Translations under genes and position numbers: made by a program
Shown: positions 28,873-39,940 of the stretch, one piece after another
Layout: each line of letters opens with the position of its first letter
Position numbering within the stretch: position 1 is the stretch's first letter
Notes under the pieces: model-generated
The model's input: the letters and a program-made list of their open reading frames with translations, nothing else
What the model was told of the DNA's origin: nothing
The model's database searches: none
DNA from: Candidatus Poribacteria bacterium
Lineage (GTDB): Bacteria > Poribacteria > WGA-4E > WGA-3G
Direction of reading: 5' to 3'
NCBI GenBank assembly: GCA_965242965.1
Contig: OZ251518.1
Location: 160,001 to 224,000 of the forward strand
DNA length: 64,000 nt

Positions 28873-31800
28873 GAGGGTGTTTCATAAGCGCGGGGGCCTG
28901 TCCCCCGCGAGCGTCCCGTAGGAGAGACCTCCCGGTCTCGATTCCTCTGCGAACGTCCGATGGCGCGCCGTAGGAGAATCAGACCTCCTCACCTCTGTAG
29001 GTCAGGAGTGCCTGATCCTGACCCGTTCGGGAGCAGGCGCTCCCGAACTACAGAGTTATGAAACACCGTCCCGATTACCGTAGCGCGGGGGCCTGTCCCC
29101 CGCGAGCGTCCCGTAGGAGAGACCTCCCGGTCTCGATTCCCCCGCGAACGTCCGATGGCGAACCGTAGGAGAGTCAGATCGCCTCACCTCTGTAGTTCAG
29201 GAGCGCCTGCTCCTGACCCGTTCGGGAGCAGGCGCTCCCGAACTACAGAGTTATGAAACACCGTCCGGTTCCCGTAGCGCGGGGGCCTGTCCCCCGCGAT
29301 CGTGGCACGGCGAGGGACAGGCCCTCGCCCTACGGTGAAAAGGGCCGTTCTTCGTCCTACGCGAGGAGAGGCGGCAACTCCCCGACCAACCGCACCGTCT
29401 CTTGACTCACATGCATCACCTGCCCGACCAACCGAACAATATATTGCGCATCCGAACCATTCGGATCGGAGACAATACCACTCCCATTCGGATCGGGTTT
29501 GACGCGATACCGATCGATGAGCCATTCTAATGCCGAACGCCTCCCCAAACGATAATCGAATACCTCTGGCGGGATATCCACTATCGTCAGAGATTCATTG
29601 TAACGGAGCTGCGTTTTGTCTTTGGATAATTCCATCTTCTCAACGCGCCAATTGAGCGGCGGGGTTTCGATGAGGTTTGGCATCACATCAAGGGTTTCAT
29701 AATTGACGTGCAAATCTGCCAAAGCGCGCCCGATGTCAACGAACCCCCAGAAATCCGGGGCGAAAGGAATATGCGGCAAGTCATGCTTGAGGTTGACCTG
29801 ATACGTCTCGCGATAATCAGGATGATGCAAAACAGCGTAATTGTAGTGGAAAATGTCCCACTTTGTGATGGTTTCGTCGGCGTAATGCGCGCGGAAGTTT
29901 TGCAATGCCCAGTTGGTGATGTTCTCTCGACGGTTCGTGCCATCCTCATCGTAGGTGTAGAAGGGGAAGCACTGATTCGCATCAAGAGTAATGATCGAAC
30001 TACTCGGAAGAACGTTTGCCATACAACACCAAAAAGGCGCGCGTCCGCCAACCCCAGGGACACAGATAACCCGATTCTCCTGTTCGGTTTCTGGTGTTGG
30101 AAAGATGGATGGCATCACATAGACGCACTCGTTCATCATCCGATCGAAGTAGAGGTGCGTTTTGGTGAACGGCCGGTAAAGGGCGCGGCGCACTTTTTCC
30201 GGCGAAAACTCGGCGAGATGGCCTTGGCGCAAACGGGACATGAGACTTCGCGTCCACTTAATCCGCGTTTTATCGGTATCCACAAAATCTTTGACGTTGA
30301 TGTCCCGGTCGCGCCGCCGATCCCATCTGACTACCTCGCTGTTGTAGTTGTCCATCATCCGCGTCATGTTTTCTGCCAACGTTTCCGGACTGAAATGGTA
30401 AACCCATGCGTCGCGGCTCGTGGAAACACCGACGCTGTAAGTTTTAAAAATCGTGCCTTCTGTCTCGCCTTTCGCCGCCTTTGCCGCTTTGGTGCCCATC
30501 GGGATGAACGTGTTAAAATCGGTTTCAAACCCTTCGGTGAGCCACATCTGGCGCGCATTCGGTTGAATCTCTCGCCACTTGACATTGCCGACGTGTGCGT
30601 TTTCTGTGAGAAATTGGAACGTGCGCTCTTTCGGCAGTGCCGCCGCTGCATCGCTATAGAGAATCCGTGCAGGCCCTTGCCGAGGTCCTTTTGTCTTCAC
30701 TAAGAGATTGATACTCACGCCGACGGTAATTCCGAACACATTGGCATCGCCCGGTTGGCCCTTGCGCATGTTGCCCCCGAGGTCCAAAATGTGGAGCACG
30801 TCAAATTCCTCGGCGAGACACTGCCGCAAGCCATCAAACATCCTGCCATCAATAAAACTGTTGTTCGTGACGAAAGCGATCATGCCTTCTGGTCCGATTT
30901 TATCCGATGCCCAGCGGAGAGATTTCACGTAGGGATCGTAAACTTTATTATTGAGTTGCGCGGTGGAGGCGGCGACGTAAGTGGCGCGCACACGGTTATC
31001 CACCGCCTCATGCGGCCGATTCTTGTTATTATCGTTCTCGTTCTGCTGACTCGCATTGTAGGGTGGATTCCCGATGATGACGAACATCGGTGTTTCCTTC
31101 TGCTCTTGAACGCGCATCGTGTTTTCCGGTGTGAAATAGGCGAATTCCCCGGTCTGGTTCGGCGCGTCCATGAGCCCGAAGGTATCGAACGTATCCACAA
31201 AACAGATATACTTGAACGGTTCATACCGTCCCATTTTCTCGTAATAGGCGTGTTCGATGTTCATCGTGGCGATGTAATAGGGCAAAAGCATTACCTCGTT
31301 GCAGTGCAACTCGCCCTTATATTTCTTGTCCAGCGCGATGCCGGGGATGTCCTGCATCAGGCGCACGATGAAGTTGCCGGTGCCGACGAAGGGATCGATG
31401 ATATGCACCCCGGTATCGGATAGTGACTTCCCGAAGTGGGTTTTCAGGAGATGTTGGACGCTGTTTACCATGAAGTCAACGATGGGCTGCGGTGTGTAGA
31501 CAACGCCGTGTCTATCGGCATCCTTGACAGAAAAGTCTTGGAAGAAGCGTTGATAAAGCGTGTTGAGAAACTCCTGCTTCTGCGAGAAGTCGGACAAGGT
31601 GCTGGCGGTTTTCTCAATGGCATCGTAAAAAGGTTTGAGTTCGCTGAAAAATTGTGAGCGGTTGAGTGCCTCCCGGGTCAGGACATCAATCACCTTCTCG
31701 ATCTCGCTAGCGATGACGTTTCGTCGCGTGAAATCGGGGTTATCAAAAACGGTGCGGAAGATGCGTTCCGTCATCAGGTGCTGCGCGAGCATCCGTTCAA

Positions 31801-32792
31801 CTTCTGTCTCGGCGAGGTTGGGATTGATTGCGTCTCTGCACTGCTGATGAAAATGCGCGAATGCCTCGCGGAATTCGGGGGTATTCTGGCGTTCGGTTTG
31901 GATGAGTGCCTCCAATTTCGCGCCGAGTTCGGGAATGGTATCTTGGAAGGTATTGACGGCGGCATCCCACTCGGCGAGATTCTCCTCGGTGTAGGCGAAG
32001 AATGCTTCAAGGAGTTGGATGAGATTGCGCGGCTCGGTGATGTCCAGGTCGAGGACAAGCGCGCCGTTTTGATAGAGTATGGCGCGATGCGGCGTTTGGA
32101 AGATGATGTTTTTGGCGGGATAGCCCGTGGCAAATTTCTGTTGGGCTTCGGCGGGGAGATCATCGAGGAGATCTTTCGCCTCCCAGTGGCCGAAGATGAG
32201 TCCGAAGTCGGTGACGATTTCGCCATCGATGCGGATGTGGTTGCCGTTGGGGGTTGTGCGCGTCTTCTCGCATATCAGCGTGAGGCCGCGTAATGTTGCG
32301 TAGTGTTGCAGCAGGTTTTGGAAGGCGACGCGAACGGCACCTTCATGTTGCGCGCCGAGTTTTGTGAACTGTTTCAGTTCGGCGTAGTAGTTTTTTATGG
32401 GTTTATGTGTGGGTTTGATGTTGAGCATCGTTTTTCTCCGTGTTTTGATTGGGTTATGAGCATTTTAACGTAAGTCAAAATAAATTGCAAGGGATTAAAA
32501 AACGCCGTCCCTTACCGTAGGGCGAGGGCCTGTCCCTCGCCATGCTGCGGTCTACCGGACGATCGCGGGGGACAGGCCCCCGCGCTACGGGCCCGGATGG
32601 GGTTCTCCTCGCCATGCCGTTCGGGATCAGGCGATCCCGAACTACGGTCACTGGGGCCTGAAACGATCGCGAGGGAAACCCGCTCGGATGCGCGTATGGC
32701 ATCCGAGGGCCCACGCGCTACGGGACTCTGTAGTTTGCGATCGCCTGATCGCAAATGGCCGCGCGACGGTGAGCAAGTTATGAAACACCCTC
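28873..32792. mobile_element. 3.9-kb TIR-bounded element (copy D) carrying an R-M gene
   Basis: 15-bp perfect TIRs GAGGGTGTTTCATAA; 8-bp direct repeat AATAAATT at 28865-28872 and 32793-32800; REP mosaics on both sides of the cargo. Confidence 0.75.
29357..32428 (-). CDS. Single-chain restriction-modification enzyme (PD-ExK nuclease + gamma-class N6A MTase + Type ISP-like C-terminal specificity domain; no helicase)
   Basis: RIDG...GHWEAKD; GVVYTP; DPFVGTGNF; IIGNPPYN; YRPF; SALEWLIDRY. Confidence 0.85.
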   Translation of the reverse strand: MLNIKPTHKPIKNYYAELKQFTKLGAQHEGAVRVAFQNLLQHYATLRGLTLICEKTRTTPNGNHIRIDGEIVTDFGLIFGHWEAKDLLDDLPAEAQQKFATGYPAKNIIFQTPHRAILYQNGALVLDLDITEPRNLIQLLEAFFAYTEENLAEWDAAVNTFQDTIPELGAKLEALIQTERQNTPEFREAFAHFHQQCRDAINPNLAETEVERMLAQHLMTERIFRTVFDNPDFTRRNVIASEIEKVIDVLTREALNRSQFFSELKPFYDAIEKTASTLSDFSQKQEFLNTLYQRFFQDFSVKDADRHGVVYTPQPIVDFMVNSVQHLLKTHFGKSLSDTGVHIIDPFVGTGNFIVRLMQDIPGIALDKKYKGELHCNEVMLLPYYIATMNIEHAYYEKMGRYEPFKYICFVDTFDTFGLMDAPNQTGEFAYFTPENTMRVQEQKETPMFVIIGNPPYNASQQNENDNNKNRPHEAVDNRVRATYVAASTAQLNNKVYDPYVKSLRWASDKIGPEGMIAFVTNNSFIDGRMFDGLRQCLAEEFDVLHILDLGGNMRKGQPGDANVFGITVGVSINLLVKTKGPRQGPARILYSDAAAALPKERTFQFLTENAHVGNVKWREIQPNARQMWLTEGFETDFNTFIPMGTKAAKAAKGETEGTIFKTYSVGVSTSRDAWVYHFSPETLAENMTRMMDNYNSEVVRWDRRRDRDINVKDFVDTDKTRIKWTRSLMSRLRQGHLAEFSPEKVRRALYRPFTKTHLYFDRMMNECVYVMPSIFPTPETEQENRVICVPGVGGRAPFWCCMANVLPSSSIITLDANQCFPFYTYDEDGTNRRENITNWALQNFRAHYADETITKWDIFHYNYAVLHHPDYRETYQVNLKHDLPHIPFAPDFWGFVDIGRALADLHVNYETLDVMPNLIETPPLNWRVEKMELSKDKTQLRYNESLTIVDIPPEVFDYRLGRRSALEWLIDRYRVKPDPNGSGIVSDPNGSDAQYIVRLVGQVMHVSQETVRLVGELPPLLA

Positions 32793-32799
32793 AATAAAT

Positions 32800-32828
32800 T
32801 TGATACGGTTTTCAAAATATGGTATCAT
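32800..32828 (+). promoter_or_regulatory. Probable sigma70 promoter of argB
   Basis: TTGATA-N17-TATCAT with TG extension. Confidence 0.55.
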
Positions 32829-32886
32829 AAATATAAATACAATTTCATTCTGGACAACACTGGTTTGGAGGAGTTAACAGAAATAG

Positions 32887-33765
32887 ATGGATAGAACTGC
32901 TGATGTGCTGATAGAAGCACTTCCTTATATCCGCCGGTTTTATGATAGGCAAATCGTGATTAAATACGGTGGTGCGGCGATGGAGGAAGACGCGCTCATC
33001 CACTCTGTCATGGAGGACATCGTGCTGATGAAATATGTCGGCATGCGCCCGATTGTCGTGCATGGCGGCGGGCCGCGGATTAGCGCGTGGATGGACAAAG
33101 TCGGGAAAGAGGCGCAATTTGTGCAGGGATTGCGCGTCACCGATGCCGAAACCGTTGAAATCGCCGAAATGGTGCTTGCTGGCTCGATTAACAAAGGCAT
33201 CGTCTCGCGGATTAACCAACACGGCGGGAAAGCTATCGGGCTCTCCGGAAAAGACGCAAACCTCGTCGTCGCCGAAAAACAGGAGATGCACTTCACCGAC
33301 GAAGAAGGACACCAGACTTCGCTTGACTTGGGTTTCGTCGGGAAGATTATCGGCATCAACACGGAGCCGATTATTACGCTGGACAAAGCGGGATATATTC
33401 CTGTCATCGCGCCAAACGGCGTTGGCGTTGATGGGCAAACCTATAACATTAACGCTGATATCATGGCCGGCGAAATCGCTTCCGCGCTTCAGGCAGAGAA
33501 ACTCATCATGCTGACAGACACGCGCGGCATCCTTCGCGATGTCGGCGATGAAAACTCGCTGATGCCCACCATCCATCTCAAGGAGCTTGACTCCTTAATT
33601 GAGGCGGGGCTCATCGTCGGGGGGATGCTTCCCAAAGTCGAAGCCTGCGCGACGGCACTCGTCGGCGGCGTGCATAAGACGCACATTATTGATGGCAGGA
33701 TTCCGCATTCTCTGTTGCTTGAAGTCTTCACCGAAGGCGGTGTCGGCACCGAAATTATTAGGTAA
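32887..33765 (+). CDS. argB: Acetylglutamate kinase
   Basis: VIKYGGAAM, VVHGGGP, YNINAD, GGMLPKVEAC. Confidence 0.97.
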   Translation: MDRTADVLIEALPYIRRFYDRQIVIKYGGAAMEEDALIHSVMEDIVLMKYVGMRPIVVHGGGPRISAWMDKVGKEAQFVQGLRVTDAETVEIAEMVLAGSINKGIVSRINQHGGKAIGLSGKDANLVVAEKQEMHFTDEEGHQTSLDLGFVGKIIGINTEPIITLDKAGYIPVIAPNGVGVDGQTYNINADIMAGEIASALQAEKLIMLTDTRGILRDVGDENSLMPTIHLKELDSLIEAGLIVGGMLPKVEACATALVGGVHKTHIIDGRIPHSLLLEVFTEGGVGTEIIR

Positions 33766-33768
33766 AAT

Positions 33769-34335
33769 GAGGGTGTTTCATATTTCGATGTGTTCGGTAG
33801 GGGAGCCCTTGGGGCGCGATTTCCGGTAGGAGAGACCTCCTGGTCTCGATGTGTCCCCGTAGGAGAGCCCTCCTGGTCTCGATGCGTTTTGTTGCTGCGC
33901 GTATCGGGACAAGGATGTCCCTCCTACCGGCAGGCATCGGGCCCCTCTGTAGTTTGTGATCGCCTGATCACAAACAGGTCAGGATCAGGCGATCCTGACC
34001 TACAGAGGTGACGCGGTCTGACAGCAAAACGATGGCAAGGACCTGTCCCTCGCCCTACGATGAAGGGGGCGTTTTTTATCGTAGCGCGGGGGCCTGTCCC
34101 CCGCGATGTCGATCGTCACGATGTGTGTTTCCCCCTCTGTAGTTTGTGATCGCCTGATCACAAACAGGTCAGGATCAGGCGATCCTGACCTACAGAGGTG
34201 ACGCGGTCTGACAGCAAAACGATGGCGAGGGGAACCCGCTCGGATGCGCGTGTGGCATCCGAGGGCCCAAGCCCTACGGTGAAGGGGAGATTTTTGCCGC
34301 CCTATTGCATCGAGACCGGGAGGTCTCTCCTACCC
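33769..34335. mobile_element. Element with left TIR (copy E), REP mosaic with internal ~90-bp duplication
   Basis: GAGGGTGTTTCATAT 3 nt after the argB stop; 33945-34036 repeated at 34135-34226. Confidence 0.7.
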
Positions 34336-34351
34336 GAAGAAGGGGAATAAC

Positions 34352-35518
34352 ATGACAACTTCCAAGAAAATCGCCGCAATCATCACCACCTATTTTCCGC
34401 ACTCGCACGCCGATGTAATTGCCACGAAATACATGAAAGGCTTTCCGACAGATGCGGGCCACCAAATGCCGCGCGTGGCATTGGCTTCTGTCTATCTTGA
34501 TCAGGTGGATTCGCGAGATATCGGTGTCGGTTTGGCGGCGGAACATAACGTCCCTATCTATCCAAGCATCCGACAAGCGTTGACGCTCGGTGGAGACGAA
34601 CTCGCGGTAGACGGCGTGCTACTCATCGGTGAACACGGCGATTACCCACACAACGAACTCGGACAACATCTCTATCCGCGCCGCTATATGTTTGAGCAGA
34701 TTTGCGGCGTATTCGCGTCAAGTGGGCGCGCGGTGCCTGTTTTCTGTGACAAGCACCTTTCCTACAATTGGGACGATGCCAACTGGATGTATCAACGCGC
34801 CAATGCGCTGAACGTCCCGTTCATGGCAGGTTCTTCGTTGCCGCTCTGTTGGAGGAAACCGTTCCTTGAACACGCGCTGGATACGCCTTTGGAAACTGCC
34901 ATCGGCATCGGCTACGGCGGGATAGAATCCTACGGCTTTCACGCGCTTGAGACGGTGCAATGCATGAGCGAACGCAGGCGCGGTGGGGAATCCGGGGTTG
35001 TCGCCGTGCAATGCCTAGAAGGAGCAACTGTCTGGGAGACAGAACATCCCGCACTCGCGCTCGCTGAAACGGCGTGCGCGCAGATTGAAACCAGACTGGG
35101 GAGTCCGATGCAAGAAGGTTGTCCTAACCCCACGGTATTTCTGCTGTGGCATCGCGACGGCTTCCAGTCAGCCGTGCTGATGCTCAACGGCTATATCACC
35201 GATTTTGCTTATGCCGGACAAATGGCGGCAAAAACGAAATCCACCGAGTTTTACTTGCAAAAGGGGCCGCCGCACGCGCATTTCAGCTATCTGAGTCTCA
35301 ACATTGAGGAGATGTTCCTGACAGGCGAACCACAATATCCGGTGGAACGCACGCTGCTCACGACAGGCGTTTTGGATGCAGTGATGCACTCACGGCATGA
35401 AGGATATATCCGCTTGGAAACGCCGCACCTTGCAAACCTTGCGTATCGTTCCTACCAAAAACCGCTTATCCGTCCGACTGCAGCGCGCCCCGAAGGGGCG
35501 ACGTTGAGCACCGAATAG
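34352..35518 (+). CDS. Conserved hypothetical protein, possible oxidoreductase
   Basis: 388-aa ORF with RBS; AVDGVLLIGEHGDYP, PVFCDKHLS, YGFHALE resemble Gfo/Idh/MocA-like proteins. Confidence 0.65.
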   Translation: MTTSKKIAAIITTYFPHSHADVIATKYMKGFPTDAGHQMPRVALASVYLDQVDSRDIGVGLAAEHNVPIYPSIRQALTLGGDELAVDGVLLIGEHGDYPHNELGQHLYPRRYMFEQICGVFASSGRAVPVFCDKHLSYNWDDANWMYQRANALNVPFMAGSSLPLCWRKPFLEHALDTPLETAIGIGYGGIESYGFHALETVQCMSERRRGGESGVVAVQCLEGATVWETEHPALALAETACAQIETRLGSPMQEGCPNPTVFLLWHRDGFQSAVLMLNGYITDFAYAGQMAAKTKSTEFYLQKGPPHAHFSYLSLNIEEMFLTGEPQYPVERTLLTTGVLDAVMHSRHEGYIRLETPHLANLAYRSYQKPLIRPTAARPEGATLSTE

Positions 35519-35531
35519 ACGCAGTCCGTAG

Positions 35532-36023
35532 TTACGCTTTTTCAGCAAACGCCCGCGCGAGTTTTGCCTGCGTCGCGTTCGGTTCTTCGATGATAATCCT
35601 TGCGCCGCCGATAACGTCAACGAATCCCAATTCGCGCGGGTAACGCGGGACGACATGCACGTGCAAATGCGGAATGCTGGCACCCGATGCCTCGCCCATG
35701 TTATAGCCGATGTTATAGCCGCGCGGTTGATATACCTGTTCCAGCACCTCAACGCTGAGGCATTGCAGTTCGTGGAGTGCAGTCACCTCCGCGGCATTCA
35801 ATTCGCGCACATCCAACACATGCCGATTTGGGAAGATTAAGAGGTGGCCGGGACTATAGGGATAGAGGTTGAGCGAGAGCGTCCAGAGCTCGGCTCGATG
35901 CACCTCAAGCCGCTCAACCCTTTCATCCTTTTCCACAATTGCACAGAGGATGCAGGGCACATCCGGCCGGTTTTCGCCCCTCGCGTAGCCCATTTTGTTC
36001 GGAACAAACAAGTTTTGTCGCAT
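35532..36023 (-). CDS. HIT family hydrolase (Ap4A phosphorylase-like)
   Basis: CILC, LNLYPYSPGHLLI, HLHVHVVPR. Confidence 0.9.
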   Translation of the reverse strand: MRQNLFVPNKMGYARGENRPDVPCILCAIVEKDERVERLEVHRAELWTLSLNLYPYSPGHLLIFPNRHVLDVRELNAAEVTALHELQCLSVEVLEQVYQPRGYNIGYNMGEASGASIPHLHVHVVPRYPRELGFVDVIGGARIIIEEPNATQAKLARAFAEKA

Positions 36024-36106
36024 ACCCAAGTCTTCTCCTCAAAAAAGAGTCTGATTTTCGCTATGGCTATGATATACTATTTCCTATTGATTTGCAAGGA
36101 GGAGGG

Positions 36107-37996
36107 ATGCAGGACCGGAAACCAGAACCCGCAACAGACTTCGCCACTTGGAGACTACCCGAAGGTGCAATCGCCCGGTTAGGGCGCGGCGATGTGGGCA
36201 GCGCGGCATTCTCACCAGACGAAAAGTATCTCGCCGTTTCAACTCGCTGGACGGGAATGATGTGGCTGTATGAACTCCCAACGCTATCCCCCGTGGCATT
36301 TTGGGAAGAAAGTGGCGGCATCACCTTTTCACCCGATAGCCAACGGCTCCTCGTGAGCAAAGGAAATGGATTGAGAATATGGGACGTGCAGCAACACGCT
36401 TGCATTACTGCTCTAGAAAACGTGCATGGCGGCACGCCTGTCTTCTCTCCAGATGGACAGCGGATAGTCACATTTGATGATACAAAAATCTATGTCTGGT
36501 GCGCGCAGACTGGCAGGCAGATTCGCGAAACGGAATTGTGCGAAAAGGGCTTAACCCGTCCCGGTAACGTTTTCTCTGCGGACATCAAGTTCTTGGCGCG
36601 TCAGAATTACGATATTGAACGTGGTAGGGATAAATCCTTTTCAGTCTTCGATGTCGAAACTGGGGAACAACTTGTCTGCATCACGGATGTGCCTAAGTGG
36701 GCGCAGCTCTTCAGTTTTTCGCCGTGTGGAAAATTCCTCGCGGTAGGTGGGCTGAGTGGCAGCCTTGATGTTTGGGAGTGGCAAAGCGAACGGCTACACT
36801 TGGCCACCGAATACGGAGACGGGCCTGTCCTTCCTTACTATCCCCCAACAGGTGAACTACTCGTTGCGGCCCGCAGTCAGCGGACAACGGCCGTATGGAA
36901 TGTAACCGAGAAACTTGACACTTTTGAATGCCACGGCAATAAAGGCACCCCGGTCTGTTTCTCTCAAAGCGGCGCATTCTTGTTGGCATCTGAAAGTTCC
37001 GGTGAGCTCTACGTGTGGGCGAAAGGCGATGCGAATGCACACACGCTTTCAACCCTTGATGGATATCTTAGGACAGTTGATTCGTTAGCCTTCTCCGCAG
37101 ACAGCAAGACATTAGCCGCCGCGATTTGGGGTGGGAATATCCTCTTATGGGATGTTGCCAGTCGACATTCGCAACGGCCAGAGGTGGCAATCGGCGGCAC
37201 AGAACAGGTTGTGCATCCCACTGCCAGCGGGAAAATCCTTGCGACTTCCAGAGACAGCGAAAACGTCAAAATATGGGAACTCGGTAATAGTGAACCAATT
37301 GCCGAGTTTGTTGAACCCGATACAGGCATTCGCAAGTCGCGCATTCGCAAGTTGCGTTACGAAGCCTTATCGCCTACTGGACAACAATTTGCCTTGTGCG
37401 ATTGCCAAGGCGACTTCCATGTGTGGGATTGGGCATCGCACAAAATGCCTCAGCACACTCTATTTACAGGGCATGGGCAGGACGATGTATCGTATGCATT
37501 AGCCTTTAGTCCAGATGGAAAACGCCTCGCCGGAATAGCATGCGAATGGACAGGCCGTTTGTGGGATATCAACGCGCGGACAGAGATTGCAGAATTGTCC
37601 TTTACATTACCGTCAAAACCGGGAGTAGTGGGCATAGCGTTTTCGCCGCGAGGTGACATTATTGCCGGTGCGCAGCGGGGTGAAATCGTCTTATGGGACG
37701 CGACGAACGGAAAAACGCTGATGAGTCTGCCGCAACCGGAAGAGAATCAGAACCCGGTGGTGTTGTGCTTCTCTCCCTGTGGCCGCTATTTTGCTTCCGG
37801 TTCGTGGTATCAGCGCGGTTTGAAACAGATGCCTATCCGGTTGTGGGAGGTTGCAACCGGTGAGAATATCGTCACCTTCCACGGTCATACCAGCGATGTC
37901 CAGTGCATCGCCTTTTCGCCGGATGGCACGCTCATGGCAACCGGCGGACATGATGGTGTCATTTTGCTTTGGGATGTGAGGAATTATCTGCAATAG
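36107..37996 (+). CDS. WD40-repeat protein 1
   Basis: LPEGAIARLG N-terminus; repeated AFSPDG...LWD; RBS GGAGG before ATG 36107. Confidence 0.9.
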   Translation: MQDRKPEPATDFATWRLPEGAIARLGRGDVGSAAFSPDEKYLAVSTRWTGMMWLYELPTLSPVAFWEESGGITFSPDSQRLLVSKGNGLRIWDVQQHACITALENVHGGTPVFSPDGQRIVTFDDTKIYVWCAQTGRQIRETELCEKGLTRPGNVFSADIKFLARQNYDIERGRDKSFSVFDVETGEQLVCITDVPKWAQLFSFSPCGKFLAVGGLSGSLDVWEWQSERLHLATEYGDGPVLPYYPPTGELLVAARSQRTTAVWNVTEKLDTFECHGNKGTPVCFSQSGAFLLASESSGELYVWAKGDANAHTLSTLDGYLRTVDSLAFSADSKTLAAAIWGGNILLWDVASRHSQRPEVAIGGTEQVVHPTASGKILATSRDSENVKIWELGNSEPIAEFVEPDTGIRKSRIRKLRYEALSPTGQQFALCDCQGDFHVWDWASHKMPQHTLFTGHGQDDVSYALAFSPDGKRLAGIACEWTGRLWDINARTEIAELSFTLPSKPGVVGIAFSPRGDIIAGAQRGEIVLWDATNGKTLMSLPQPEENQNPVVLCFSPCGRYFASGSWYQRGLKQMPIRLWEVATGENIVTFHGHTSDVQCIAFSPDGTLMATGGHDGVILLWDVRNYLQ

Positions 37997-38008
37997 GAGG
38001 CACGCCAC

Positions 38009-39940
38009 ATGAACAGCAATCTGACTACGTGGGCATTACCCGAAGGCGCAATCGCCCGATTAGGACTCGGGTCTGTCGGAGATACAGCGTTCTCTCCAGA
38101 TGGACAATATCTGGCCATTGCCACCGACATAGGACTTTGGCTTTACGAATTGCAGACGCTTTCCCCTGTCGCCTTGTGGGATACAGAACGCGGGCAGACT
38201 GAAAGTGTCATTTTCTCACCTGATAGCCGGTTGATTGCCACACAAACCTTTGCAGAAGACGTGAAGGTTTGGGACACCAACAGCGGTGTTTGCATTGCCG
38301 TGATGGAAAATCAGGAGAGTCGACTACTGAGCAATTTGCGGTTTTCACCTGATGGACAGCGCGTCCTTGCAGCCACGAACGAAAACGTATGGAAAGGGAG
38401 GCAGCTCTGTCCCGGGAAGGTGTATGTCTGGTGCGCGCAGACCGGCAAACAAATCAACGAATCTGAAATACTCTATGCCCAAGAAGTCGGCTGGCGGACA
38501 GCATTTTCGCCAGATTTCACGCTATTGGCATCAACTTATTGCAACAGAGAACGTGATATACAGACTTCTATTGTGGTATGGAATATAGCGACTGGCGAGC
38601 AGATTGCCTGCATGTCGGAATGCCCCGAACGGGTGCAGAGCCTCTGCTTCTCACCGTGTGGAAAACGCCTCGCCGTTGGGGGTGAGCAAGGCACGCTCCA
38701 CGTATGGGACTGGGAAAACGAGCGGCTTGAGTGGACAGCGGCATACGGACAAGCCCGCGTCTGCCTCTATTACCCACCAAATGGCGAATTGCTTGCCGCG
38801 GTCATCTCTAAGGATACCGTTGAAGTGTGGAATGTCACGGCGAACCAGAAATTGGATACCTTTGCCTGTCGTGGTGAAAGGGCATTCGCCTGTTTCTCTG
38901 AAAACGGCACACAGATGGCAGTCGCGCGTTCTAGCGAAATCAGTGTGTGGCGGAAAGGCGACGCGAATGCACAACCGCTCTCAACCGTTCACGAACATCT
39001 TCCTACCGTTGATTCGCTTGTCTTCTCGGCTGATGGAAAGACATTAGCCGCTGGAATGTTCTGGGATAATGTTCTTTTATGGGATGTCGCGAGTCGCCAA
39101 GCACACCGTCCAAACTCGGAAGAACTTCCCGGACGTAAGCAAATGGTTCATTCAACCACTAGCGGAAAAATTCTCACCACCTACAAGGATGGAGACATGC
39201 TCAAGACCCGGGAAGTCGGTGACAGCGAACCCCTCGCCGAATTTGATGCATCCCAGATAACTTTCCTGCCGCGTCACACCGCATTATCCCCCACGGGACA
39301 GCGGGTGGCGCGTCTTGACGAGGAAGGCATTTTCCATTTGTGGGAAAGGACAGCAGAAGGAACAGAAAAGCACATCTTGCTCAGAGGTAACCCAAGAAAT
39401 CCTGACAAGTGGGCATGGAGTCCACACGGGTTAGCCTTTAGTCCGGATGGCAAGCGACTCGTGACTATCGGACGAGACCGGGTTGTTCAACTGTGGGATG
39501 TCAATACCGCCGAAGAAATCGCCGAACTCCCCCTTAACCCCCCGGCGCGCACCGATCGCCAGCAGGATATGGGGTTAGCCTTTTCGCCACGCGGAGATGT
39601 CATTGCCGGTGCGCAGGGGGGTGAAATTGTGTTGTGGGACGCGACAGACGGTAAACTACTCAAGACTTTCCCGCAACCCAAAGGAAATCAGAGGCCGATT
39701 ACCCTCGCTTTTTCTCCTTGCGGCAAATACTTAGTTTCCGGTTCGTGGTACCAGCGCGGTTTGAAACAGATGCCTATCCGGTTGTGGGAGGTTGCAACCG
39801 GTGAGAATATCGCCACCTTCCACGGCCACACCAGCGATGTCCAATGCATCGCCTTTTCGCCGGATGGTACGCTCATGGCCACCGGCGGACATGATGGTAT
39901 CATTCTACTCTGGGATGTGAGAAATTATATGGGGACATAA
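38009..39940 (+). CDS. WD40-repeat protein 2
   Basis: Paralog of WD40-1; last codons altered by element F. Confidence 0.9.
   Translation: MNSNLTTWALPEGAIARLGLGSVGDTAFSPDGQYLAIATDIGLWLYELQTLSPVALWDTERGQTESVIFSPDSRLIATQTFAEDVKVWDTNSGVCIAVMENQESRLLSNLRFSPDGQRVLAATNENVWKGRQLCPGKVYVWCAQTGKQINESEILYAQEVGWRTAFSPDFTLLASTYCNRERDIQTSIVVWNIATGEQIACMSECPERVQSLCFSPCGKRLAVGGEQGTLHVWDWENERLEWTAAYGQARVCLYYPPNGELLAAVISKDTVEVWNVTANQKLDTFACRGERAFACFSENGTQMAVARSSEISVWRKGDANAQPLSTVHEHLPTVDSLVFSADGKTLAAGMFWDNVLLWDVASRQAHRPNSEELPGRKQMVHSTTSGKILTTYKDGDMLKTREVGDSEPLAEFDASQITFLPRHTALSPTGQRVARLDEEGIFHLWERTAEGTEKHILLRGNPRNPDKWAWSPHGLAFSPDGKRLVTIGRDRVVQLWDVNTAEEIAELPLNPPARTDRQQDMGLAFSPRGDVIAGAQGGEIVLWDATDGKLLKTFPQPKGNQRPITLAFSPCGKYLVSGSWYQRGLKQMPIRLWEVATGENIATFHGHTSDVQCIAFSPDGTLMATGGHDGIILLWDVRNYMGT

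Noticed and set aside
29708-31423. Long antisense ORFs (331 aa, 222 aa) over the R-M gene, and similar ones elsewhere
   Set aside because: Shadow ORFs expected from codon bias in GC-rich genes; no recognisable motifs.
37796-39928. Possible DGR template/variable repeat pair in the WD40 genes
   Set aside because: Differences are mostly synonymous C/T and G/A changes rather than adenine-specific, both copies are coding, and there is no reverse transcriptase.
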